Below, in pieces: positions 34,117 to 43,940 of a DNA stretch of 43,940 nt (position 1 is its first letter; every line of letters starts with the position of its first letter). The DNA lies in NCBI RefSeq assembly GCF_000760515.2, contig NW_013546467.1, positions 1 through 43,940 on the forward strand, read 5' to 3'. The notes beneath the pieces are model-generated. The model was not told the DNA's origin, did not search any database, and saw only the letters and a list, made by a program, of their open reading frames with translations. The DNA is from Mitosporidium daphniae. Lineage: Eukaryota. The translations under genes and the position numbers were made by a program.

Positions 34117-36958
34117 TTAGCAAAAGTACATGGTATGTTCCATTTCCGGAACAACGCCTGTAAACATGCCCTGCAATGGATCTGAAGAAACAGATGAGAT
34201 GCTGAGCGTATCGTCGCTCTTAAAATGGAATCTTGAACGAAAAGCGACCAAATGAGCATAGTATGCCGGGGACGAAATGCTTACAGAACGCGTGCATCTT
34301 GCGTATGTATAGCAAAGCCTGTAACTTAGCGCTTGCAAATCATCCGAGCTCATATTATTTTCATCGATAAGGACATGATAGTGCGCGGGACGAGAGGTGC
34401 CTTGAATGCCGCTATGCGACAGCAGGTAAAAGTCTCGATAGATGGGGTGCGTAATTTTTGTGTCAACGACAGTCCCGGGCATGCAATTTCCAGAGCGATC
34501 GGCATTAGAGCGATCAATGGGGAAGAAACGAACATGGTGACGCTTCTGCACCACAATGTATGTAAGCTTTGGGGAATAGTTGGCCTCCAGTTCGGCATAC
34601 GCCTTTTTGATTGCAGTCACCTCGACGTTAAGCACGTGGGAGAACTGCCCCTCACCCACTCCATCTCGATAGAACAACAAGCGTTGAGGTTTAACAGAGC
34701 GATTGGACTTGTAAAAAGTTATCAGATGGCTTTTCACTATCTCCTGCAGGTCGGAAATGACCTCCTGCCGTCCAGACTGAACACGTGCGTGCGACACATA
34801 TCTACAAAAGACACAAAAACGCTACCTGGAAAGTGCAATGTCCAAAGAAGCCACCACCGATGCAACTGAGCGCATAGAGGAAGATCCCGGGCCAGGATGT
34901 GTCACATCTGCCCCAAACACAATGGTCGGCACGTCGCTAACATACGGCAACTGGTTTCCCAACGTAGAGTTGATGCCCCCTAGCTTCGCATTGATTTTGA
35001 GTATCACGTTAGCACAATATTGTTTGTTGGGGCGTGCCACGTTTTTGCCCACAATACACTGCGAAGGACGGCCAATGATGCAATCTGTGATGCGCTTGAT
35101 TTCGCCATACAGCATGGTGTCCTTTGTTGGCAAAATGACGATTACCAAATCTGCGGTACCGCCTTTATCGCCTGCGCCTGCAGAATAGGCTTGTCGCAAC
35201 AGCCTTTCGATTCCTGGAAGGTCTGGATGTCCCGACATAATCGGCGGGTTCCGATTGGTTACCTCCAATCCCATGTCGCAGGCTGTGCTCACAATCTCGC
35301 AGATAAAGCCCTCCACTTCTCCTTTCTGAATGCGAGAAGAAAGCACAAGAACAGCCCAAGACTTGAGCTTGGCCCCTACATACATTTTCTTGTCCCGCAA
35401 GTTCCATGCTCCTTCTTCCGGGTGGACTTCAGAAACCCTGCTGCTTTTTGCATAGAAAATTTTTGGCGGCGCAAGTTGGCGTGCATCTGCCTTGACAAAA
35501 TCGGTCGAAATGGCAAAGCTAAAATCATCCAAGATCGGGTTTTGTGTAAGCCTCATTTCCTTGATGCCTGCAGCGCACTTTTCTAGACGAAGATGCGGCT
35601 TTTGACATGTTATCTTGATCATATCCGCCGTTTGCTCTTCACTTAGCTTTTTCATATACCGCTGTGCCGGCGCTATTTCGCACACCTCGAGCGGCAGGTA
35701 AAGCTGCCTCTCGTTGCTTCCGGACTTGACACAGGGAAGTCCCGGATGCCGTAGGCGAAGGCTGTATTGGGAAGAAAAGTAGTCTGCGACGCTTAGCGTG
35801 CGGCCATCTGAACCTTCAAACCGGATTCGGTCTGCAGATTCTTTGGAAATGCCCAGAACGCGGTATTTGCGGCGCAGCTTGGGATTGTGATTCGTTTGTA
35901 CACGAAGTCCTTTGAGAGCCTTTTCAAATTTTGATCTTTCGCCTTCTGAAAGCGATGGTGGAATTCTTATTCCGACTCCTTGTGAAAGGGGTGCTGCTCG
36001 ATGGTGAGGCTGAGGGCCGCCCTGACCCGATAGCACGCTTGATAGCAGTTCTAAAAGCGAGCCGGGGCGGTAAAAGCACGTGGCCGACGTATCGATGTTC
36101 AATAGTAGGCGACCTGGGGTTGGTTTGAGCGCCTGATAGTACCCAAGCCATGCATCGACGGGACCCGAAAGTTGGCAAGTATTTGTGGGCGAGTAGAATG
36201 AACGCCCGATGTTGACCAAATTTGTGACAGATGGAGCATGTCTAATAACCACCTCTAGGACCTGCAGAGCCTCATATGGTGTGTAAGAAAGCTGTCCGTC
36301 CAAAAAAGAGCGCAGTAGATCCATAGATATGGCGGCTACTTTTCTCATTTTCACCGTAAACACACGAGGTTGTCTCTGTTTGCGCTCAGAGCCTGCTCCC
36401 TCCTCCCCAAGTGTCACATCGAAAGTATATGCATTTTTGGAGAGCTTCTTTGCGGCAAATACGTTTGCGCGGCCATCGAAAACCATTCTGACGCCCTCAA
36501 ACTCAGCATGCCCGTGCTTCAACTCTAGTGCGCTGAAAATATCTCTAGCTAATTAGAAATTGTCAAAGATAATTAACAAGCAAAGCGAAATAAAATGCAC
36601 GTTGAACAGAACAAATGGTGCACAAGCCAATTGGAGATGCAAGGGAAGTTGACGGGAATTAATGGGGTTTAAAAGTGGGGCTACAGGCCATGCTTGCACC
36701 GTCCAAATCGCCAAAAACATGCATCGACATCAAACTGTTATACCTATTAAGACGCGGAGGGACAGTGGGACTGATATCAATGTCATAGTGGTAGACCATG
36801 CCACTTGGCATCTTTTTGACCTCGACAAAGTTTGTCTTGATGGTAATGGGGTTTCCTTGCCTTCCAGGCTGGCATTTTTGTGCACTGGCCACGCTAATTT
36901 CCAGCTCCTCGCGCTCCTTCAGTGTTAGGCGCTTAATGTCTGTTTGCACAGCCTCCAT
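34117..36958 (-). CDS. AGO1: Argonaute (N-PAZ-MID-PIWI), 3 exons
   Basis: HYDIDI.P, VFDGRAN, PAZ (SVADYF...Y..L.HP.LP, YLPLEVC), [44 protein letters not shown]. Introns 36545-36743 (199 nt) and 34802-34825 (24 nt). Confidence 0.97.
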
Positions 36959-37192
36959 GTATCGGGATGGAAAGTAGGACTACGAAATGTAATTGTATTT
37001 GGAAGATTGTAAAGTTTATCAAGGTTTACGCCACACGCTTGTGCAGCCTGGGTATGAGTTTAAAATGTGTTCAAATTTGTTTTAAATTGTAGCCATTTGG
37101 AGTACAATGTATGAGCAAATGCCGTAGAACGTCACCAATGGTCAAAGATGGCACTCTTTCCTTAAATAAGGAGCGATAAATGACCATCCAAT

Positions 37193-37879
37193 ATGCGGAA
37201 GGGCTCGCTTGCTATTATCCTGCTCACACTCTATTCATGCGCTTTTGCCAAGCTCGACAAAAGCGTGTATATGGATGCCGAAGAATACGCCTTCCCTGAA
37301 TTCAAAGAACTTCCAAGGGAAGAGTTTAAAGCACAGCCAGAATATTTTGGGTGCAGGCTTCCCAAATCAGAGCTTCAAACCACATTGCGCCAACCCTCGA
37401 TTTGCGGAAATGTTGGGTGTCTTCCGGCACCAAAAAAAATATGCCCAGCTTCTCCTCTTCTCCCTCCTGCATGTGTGAACAAAACTACCACAACCACTAA
37501 TCCACCTCTCCTTGTTTGTCTTTTGCCTTCGCAACCGCTACCCCCAAAGCCCTCCATTTGCACAATGACAAGCATTTTCACCGGACCCTGCTCGCCTAAT
37601 GCAACCAAATCAAACAATACAACCCCGGAAAAGGCAATAACGCCAACTTCCACAACGACAACGGCCGATCAAAAGGGCATCATTCCACTAGTAAAGGCTC
37701 TTTTCCTACCCAAGCCAACCACCACCAATATCACCACGTCGTCCACGTCGAGCGTCATTGCGGACGAAAAGAAAAACAGTATGGCCTTCAAATGCCCCAC
37801 CAGTATATATGCAGAGCCGGCCTCCATTCCTCCTGCTGTATATGAAATCCTTTCCAGAATTGCAAAGGAGCGTACCTGA
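37193..37879 (+). CDS. Secreted Cys/Pro/Thr-rich protein of unknown function
   Basis: Signal peptide MRKGSLAIILLTLYSCAFA, 10 Cys, Pro-rich segments, Thr runs, several N-x-T sequons. Confidence 0.75.
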   Translation: MRKGSLAIILLTLYSCAFAKLDKSVYMDAEEYAFPEFKELPREEFKAQPEYFGCRLPKSELQTTLRQPSICGNVGCLPAPKKICPASPLLPPACVNKTTTTTNPPLLVCLLPSQPLPPKPSICTMTSIFTGPCSPNATKSNNTTPEKAITPTSTTTTADQKGIIPLVKALFLPKPTTTNITTSSTSSVIADEKKNSMAFKCPTSIYAEPASIPPAVYEILSRIAKERT

Positions 37880-37957
37880 TACTCTTGAATTATTAAAATT
37901 TCATTTAAATTTTACGGATTGATAAGGGCATCAGCCAACCTTTTAATTAATTGATGA

Positions 37958-38680
37958 AGGCATCGACAAATTCCTCCTGCTCTCCCTCTTCCTCCTCTGT
38001 TCGACAGAGAAAATCGGAACACAAAACTGTGGATACCAGCAGCCAAGAGCCTTCATCGTCTCCATTTTTATCTGACCTATGTATGCAAAAATTTTAATTC
38101 CTAGCTGCCTTTCCAATTCAATGTAACATTCTGTCTCTCCAGGATATTCGTATTGCATTAGATGATATCTTGATCAAGGTCGTTCTTTCACTTTTATTCT
38201 AGTTCTTTACCGTTGAGTTGGGATGGAAGGAAGACAACCGACGCACGGATCTGAATTTGCTTTCGCAATTTGTGGCAAATGTTATTGCCCTTGTTGTGGT
38301 ACTCTATTCGTACTTTTTTGGGTTTGAGGCATCTCGCACGTTGGGGCAGCCTCTTTGCATTTTGTATGTCCATTTCTTACTTTAGATATTTTTTCGTTGT
38401 CCTTCTCAGTACGGTGGTAAATTGGCAGCTTGGCCCTATGCCAAAATTCTCGGGAATGTCATCAAGTAGTCCCAAGGAGACCGTCAAAGTTGAAACGAAC
38501 ATCGAGGCTCCATCGACGCTTTACTCTATTATCGCCGTATATCAGAGCGAAAGCGAAGCAAATAAGCCTAGAACAATTCATCTCAAGAAACCGGTGGAAA
38601 CTTGGTTCCATGCAGATGGCAGCTTGGCCGCAGAGGCCATATATAAGGACCTCCTACTTTTGGCGTCCCCCGGAAAGTAG
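37958..38680 (+). CDS. SPC2: Signal peptidase complex subunit 2 (Spc2/SPCS2), 4 exons; start unresolved
   Basis: Introns 38081-38104, 38179-38202 and 38364-38385 give N..SLQDIRIALDD, G.KE....TD, two TMs, and WFHADGSL. No in-frame ATG found. Confidence 0.75.
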
Positions 38681-38795
38681 AACTCACCGTATCCATTCAA
38701 AATAAACTACACACCCCATATGGTAGACCATCGATATGGCCAATAATCGCAACTGGCATTGCTGGAAAATTGCAAATCGTAAACAACAAAAGTGC

Positions 38796-39508
38796 TCATT
38801 TCTTTAATATTTTAGCAAAAATCTTCTTGATCGCTCCACTTTCGGGTCGCCTCTTCTCTGGGGATGTCTCCTCTTGTGTCGTGATAGCACATTTAGAAGA
38901 TTCTTCCAAAACAGTCTGTGAATATTCTATAATGAAATACTATTGAATTTCTACTCCAATTTGAAATCTCTACAATAAGAAGCGTTGCCGGATAAAGCTC
39001 CAAATCAAATAGGCTCTTGTCGAAAGGAATATACTTTACCGGCCGAGAAGTCCCTATCAATTAGTGTGGGAAGCTACGAAGCTTGAAGGGAAACCCATCG
39101 CTCTTTTCTTCAGAAGCAACGATAATGTTATCCCGTATGAAGCGATAGAGAATCGATCCTACAAGAAATAAGTGGAACAACGACCTTGGTCTGTAGCCAT
39201 AAAACTACATTCTATCATCAAATCATCTGGGAACTTGAATTTGATTTTGATCTACAAAAAGAGACGACTATTTACGTTGGCGTATTTAGAGAGAAGTGCC
39301 TCCTTGGCGGAGGTCTTCATTTTTGCCGTCTGCAATGGCATATTTCTCATGCGAGAGCTTTCGTCGGAATATACACTGACAATAGAAGATGAAGTTAAAG
39401 CTACGCTGATCAATAAATCGACATACATTCGCCCTTCTGGCTGCCTCGCAATGGGGCGCGTCCAGAGGATGGATATACAACAAAATTCAGACCATCTTGG
39501 CTTGCCAT
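38796..39508 (-). CDS. UBX-domain protein (Ubx4/TUG/PUX1-like), 6 exons, 194 aa
   Basis: Introns 39401-39426, 39252-39275, 39159-39184, 39054-39077 and 38927-38954 give a 585-nt open frame: LQTAKM...KYANIKIKFKFPDDLMIECSF.ATD....LYRFI...FKLRTSRP...SLFDLELYPATLLIV. Confidence 0.8.
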
Positions 39509-39665
39509 AAATTCAAAATAAAAACCAATTTGGGTTAGGGTTGGGCCCAAATTTTAAACGCACACCGTCATCTCCTGCTATTCAGACGACCCGTCCCAAG
39601 TTGAATGAAATGTCGTTATATTTTCGTTAATTGCAGAAGGGTGATAAAATAGTTTAATTTTAAAT

Positions 39666-41531
39666 TTACATGTCCCGTCGGAGTGCCACAATTCGACCGC
39701 CGCGTCCCAAGCGGTAGGCTAGCGGACGACTGGGATTTCCTCCATTGCTTTTCAAGGTGGAGCCGAGGGCCATCTCGAACCGTTCCCGTGCGGGTAGGGC
39801 CTCTTTTTGAAGATTCTGAAAAAGCATATGTTCTTCTTTGTGATATGAATTCAACTCCTCCTCAAACTCTTTAAGCCTCGAGGAAATGTCATTACATATC
39901 TTTACGGGATTCGCGATTGACTTCCATGGTGATATATTTTCAAAAGGAAGAGAACATTGCACCCCTGAATCGTTAGCATTCGCCATGTTCATGAAAAAGG
40001 CAACTTTGGCATATGAATGCGAAGAGATATCCATAAACATTGCTGGTGGTCCTTCTAAATCGGCTCTTGTGAGAATATTGGCATAAGACACGCTTGTACG
40101 CGGCACCTTCTAAAATTTAGATCGGAAATATGTATTACCGCTCGTCCATGAGAGCTTATCAAAGAGCCCTGTCCATGATGATGGCCAATATGCCGATGAT
40201 TCGATGATTCTGAAGCTGAGATCTGAATAGGCGGTACGTGGATTCCATACTTTGACTTGAGACTTTCTAGCGTGAACGTATTTCCAAAAACTAGCGTTCC
40301 CTCAAGAAGCAAACTTTTTTTCAACTGATCACGTTGCAGGGATATCCGCAAAAGAAGAAGAAGGTCCTCAAATTGCTCCTGTAAACGCGAAAGCTTTGTT
40401 AAAGCTTCCAAATCGGCGCGTCTCGTTTTCCGAGGCTGCCTGATTTCTCGCCTACGAAAGCAGACGTATGGATCAATATTGCTATTGGCGGATCCTGACG
40501 AGGACGAGTTGCCTATTTTTCCTTGTTGATCCTCAAGCTTCAACGTAGGCAGAAGCGGCACAACCAAGGACGGCGAAATAGCCGCCCTGGTCTTTTTCCA
40601 ATGTTCAAAAATGGCCGATTGGTAAGAAAGGGCAATTTTCAGCTCAGAAGGGTCCAGCCATCTGTCAATAAAGACAACAGCCTGTTTTGTTGTCAGAAAA
40701 TTGCTGTTGACGACCCCATCGTGACCAAAGACCAGAGCAATAGACTCGATCACCCACATCACCTTCTCAAAAGTGGAAATGTCAAGTCGAGGCGTTAATT
40801 TGGTAAGGAAAATAAGATCATCTCCGGTAGCCCAATATGGGACGTATGGAAGAGTTCTCCCTTTAATTGTTTCCCCTTCACATGGTAGCAGGGTCATGGG
40901 TGCCCTTGTGCCGTACCCAAAGCCGAGAAGATTATTCTGACAATAGAGTCCTGCTGGACCGTGGTTGCTGTAAAATGGGTTATGAAGGGCATCCAATATC
41001 CGTGGTTGTGGTGGCGTTTTCCACCGTTCATCCTTCTTGAAGGCTTCTCCGGTGGGTGGATATAATTGCTCATAGATCTCTCCAGATATAGAGTGGCCTA
41101 CATCTGTAGAATCTGGTACAGGTATTCGCGCCCCTTCACCGCCGCCCATTCGAGAAAATGTCGGTGCACTGGAAAGAATGGCCTTCAAATGGGCCTCATC
41201 CTCTTCCTCCTTTTCAACACCGGTCGACAGGAGAGGGACAGATCGCATTTGAAGAAGATGCTCCTCTGGCTCTGCCGATTCCAGCAATACCGTGATCTCC
41301 TTATTGAAGTCAATCTTGCGCGAACGAAAGGTTTTGCCCCCGCCAACTATGTGATGTTTACCCAGGTCTCCCCGCCTCATCATTGGTTGCGAGGTCGAAA
41401 GAAGTGAAGGTGTGTGAGGGCTAGTCGCATTTGCAACTGCAGAAGGTGGCGGAGAAGACTTGTCACTCCTACCAACGTTTTTGTGCGCGTCGTCTTGTAA
41501 ATATGATACACCTACCATCTACGCTTATCAT
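39666..41531 (-). CDS. EPL1: Enhancer of Polycomb-like NuA4 subunit
   Basis: FRSRKID, TGVEKEEEDEAHL, IPVPD, DPYVCFRRREIRQPRKTRR, R.GRGGR. Intron 40110-40138. Start at 41518, or at 41531 via the 22-nt intron 41494-41515. Confidence 0.92.
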
Positions 41532-41793
41532 TAGTAAATTTCAAAAATAAAATTGGCGCGAAATCATCAGGATGCAACCCTAGAACCTTTCGGATCCAAA
41601 TGGGGAAATTTGACAAAGGGATCATAGAGACTATTTACCTTTTACTGATGATGTGAATATAATCCTTTTTATAAAAATCACCCACTGCAACAGGGAGGAA
41701 GATGCAAGCAGACTATCTTGATGGTGTAATGGGAATCTAATTCAGCAAGTGCGAATCCAAAGTGCACGTCAAATTTTAGTTTACAAATTAAAT

Positions 41794-42570
41794 TTATTTA
41801 AATTCAACTTTCTCAATAATGGCGAACCAATTTCCAGCATCGCGGCCTGTCAGCCGAATAACCAACGATGGGATGCACGCTATCAACTGTTCAAGCTCCC
41901 CCTCTTTAAATAGATGATAGTATCTACAATAAGCCGGTTTGCATACCTCTGATGCACAGCCCCCGTCGCTGTATTCCAGTTGATCATTGTTTCTGTTCCT
42001 TCGATGGTCACAAATTTCTATGATTAACATGATTGCAAGTACAGAGCTCTTGGTGGCATCTTGATTGTCAAAGGCCCAAACGAAAACTAGGGCCGTGCCT
42101 CCTGTTCGAAGAACACGAGAAATCTCGCTCAATGCCTCCAGTCGCCTTTCCCGAGATGCGAGATGGTGGATGGTGGCAATGGAGAGGGCAAAATCCTATC
42201 ATTTCATTACAAAGGTTAAAAACCATTGAACATTGTCTGAGAATTGTTGAAAGCATGCAGGCACAAACAAGATCGCCAGAAACGGTCCGGCTCCCTGCCT
42301 GCGCATGTCGCAACAGAGAAACGCATCGATCGGTGCCGATAGTAAATGAATTCTTGGTGACATAAATATTTTTCCCATTTCCGCAGCCCAAATCAATTCC
42401 GATAGACCCAAAAGGCAAGGATTGAAGATATTTCAGCACCTGTGGCCATTGCTAGGAATTCAAAATTGTCGTTCTACCTTGTACCTAGTAGCGGAAAAAT
42501 GTTCCGCAATCTGGTCGTAGACATCATGAACATGGACCTGCTCAAAGGCCAAGCATCCTGTGTGATCCAT
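41794..42570 (-). CDS. TRM9: tRNA wobble-uridine methyltransferase Trm9/ALKBH8-like, 5 exons
   Basis: VHDVYDQIAEHFSATRYK.WP.V, DLGCGNGK, SIATIHHLAS.ERR, VFVWAF, RYYHLF..GELE, GNW. Introns 42452-42477, 42196-42223, 42018-42042, 41924-41946. Confidence 0.92.
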
Positions 42571-42634
42571 GAAATTTTGTAATAATGAAATTTTGCAATA
42601 ATAAAATTGTAAATTTAACCGAATTTCTAATTTG

Positions 42635-43149
42635 ATGGCTTCAGTGCTTCCCATTTTCGTTGCTGTAGGTATGATGGCCGCGCTCATCTGGCTCTTGTTT
42701 GTCCGATCCAAAGGTAGGCTGGCTTTGCTTTCTTAAGGTGACAAAATCACGCCTTACTTTCCACCTAATGAGGCCCGTGAAAAATATATTCAACAATGCT
42801 CTCAAGAGGAAACGCCGGATTTGCGCTCTGCACTTATCCATAGAGCAATTGAAGCGATTCGCCGCACGCAAATAATCAACGAGGAGAAGCCTTCATTGGT
42901 CAATCTAAACCATGTTGGTGCCCTTTCCGAAGAATTTCTTTGCTCACTGCTTGAAGCCGAGCGGGAAACTAGCGCCGAATTATTTGATATACAATGCGAG
43001 GCAGAGCTCATCAAAGAGGGTATTGAATGAGCGAACAACTTTTTATAGGTTGGAGCAAATCCATTTTGCAAGAGTCGGCCGCACTCATCAAGCATGCCAT
43101 ATCTGCCGGCGCCCAGGCCAATAGCCAGCAAGTACGGAAGCGGGCGTAG
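42635..43149 (+). CDS. SEC66: Sec62/63 complex subunit Sec66 (Sec71), 3 exons
   Basis: N-terminal TM, LRSALIHRAIEAIRR....EEKPSL.NL..VGALSEE, EAE...GWSKSI. Introns 42714-42737 and 43020-43048. Confidence 0.8.
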
Positions 43150-43445
43150 CATGTAGCGCTTTAATTAAAGATCGCAGCTGTATGTATCTGATATCTATTA
43201 TTGCCGATATTTGTGTCGCATATTTATAACACATAACTAACTAAATTCCCCGGTGGCATATTCGCATGTGTTTATATACATGGTTCGCGTTCAATACACG
43301 GGCGTGCATGGTTTCGTTGAACTGGATATATCTCGTAACAATCAGGTGCATCCGTGATTCGAAATTTGATATTAATCTCCATGAACAATATTTTAAAATC
43401 GTTGTTTATTACAAAATTGTCATCAATCAGTTTCTTTCGTTGACT

Positions 43446-43880
43446 TTAGTTTATCAATGTGGGAGGGGGGTCTTTCGATTTGCGCAAAGATCCTCCCCGT
43501 CGAAAGGCTTCAAGATGGGAATCGGTGTTAAAGTCCATTTCATCAGAATTATTGGAGCTAGACGTGTGTGTACAGGAATGCTTTTCGATTGCTTGAAGTA
43601 ATCTGTTCCTTAAATATTCCAGCTTCTGCTTTACTTCTGGGTTTCGCTTAGGCGTGACAACCGTCGCGCTAAATTTTGTCTCTTCTTTTAGTTTACATTT
43701 GGATAATTCATAAATTTTCATTATTTCCGACGAAGGCACCAACGAAGCAAATGCGGATAGTGAAACAGCCGTTGCATCCTCTGGCTTTATTTCTTCATTT
43801 AAGCTCTCTTCTGAGATTGATTTAGAATTTTCTTCTAAAATCGCTTTTTTATCTTGCTGCTCCTCAGAAATAATGAACAT
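43446..43880 (-). CDS. Hypothetical protein, weakly Vma12/TMEM199-like
   Basis: PKRNPEVKQKLEYLR resembles the Vma12/TMEM199 P.RNPEL..RLE.L/IK motif. No TM helices. The frame is open to the window edge, so the start is uncertain. Confidence 0.4.
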   Translation of the reverse strand: MFIISEEQQDKKAILEENSKSISEESLNEEIKPEDATAVSLSAFASLVPSSEIMKIYELSKCKLKEETKFSATVVTPKRNPEVKQKLEYLRNRLLQAIEKHSCTHTSSSNNSDEMDFNTDSHLEAFRRGGSLRKSKDPPPTLIN

Positions 43881-43940
43881 CACCTGAGTGGCCAGTTGAG
43901 ACAAATTGTTTCGACTGATTGGTGGAGGATTGGGTCTTCC

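Noticed and set aside
39172..39510. Plus-strand 112-aa ORF
   Set aside because: Antisense to the spliced UBX gene, which explains the region better.
41610..41760. Possible box C/D snoRNA (TGATGA at about 41647)
   Set aside because: No suitably placed D box, terminal stem or recognisable rRNA guide.

Overview
Gene-dense eukaryotic DNA with very short intergenic spacers, fungal/opisthokont-type housekeeping genes and an intron population concentrated at 22-35 nt. By inference this is a compact early-diverging fungal-relative genome (Rozellomycota / basal microsporidian type, e.g. Mitosporidium-like) that still has mitochondrial translation (mitochondrial PheRS) and RNAi (Argonaute). I reconstructed about 25 protein genes by hand-splicing: H2B, Nudix/DIPP, truncated Tat-SF1/Cus2, ER Hsp70 Lhs1/Grp170-like, Atg15, an R-SNARE, Imp4, mt-PheRS, P4-ATPase, primase large subunit, DUF1761, eIF4G, Cdc48, LEA2-like, TMEM198-like, Src1/Heh1, Utp4, Argonaute, a secreted Cys/Pro/Thr protein, Spc2, a UBX protein invisible to the ORF track, Epl1, Trm9 and Sec66. 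There is also a U2 snRNA gene. The most striking observation is that two CDC48 introns (53 and 56 nt) each resolve into two complete back-to-back micro-introns joined at a TAG|GT with a zero-length exon, suggesting recursive or tandem micro-intron splicing. Also notable are a shortened histone-type 3' stem-loop after H2B, E2F-like promoter sites and a UHM-less Tat-SF1. All splice models are manual inferences from GT/GC-AG signals plus restored protein motifs; no transcript data were available.
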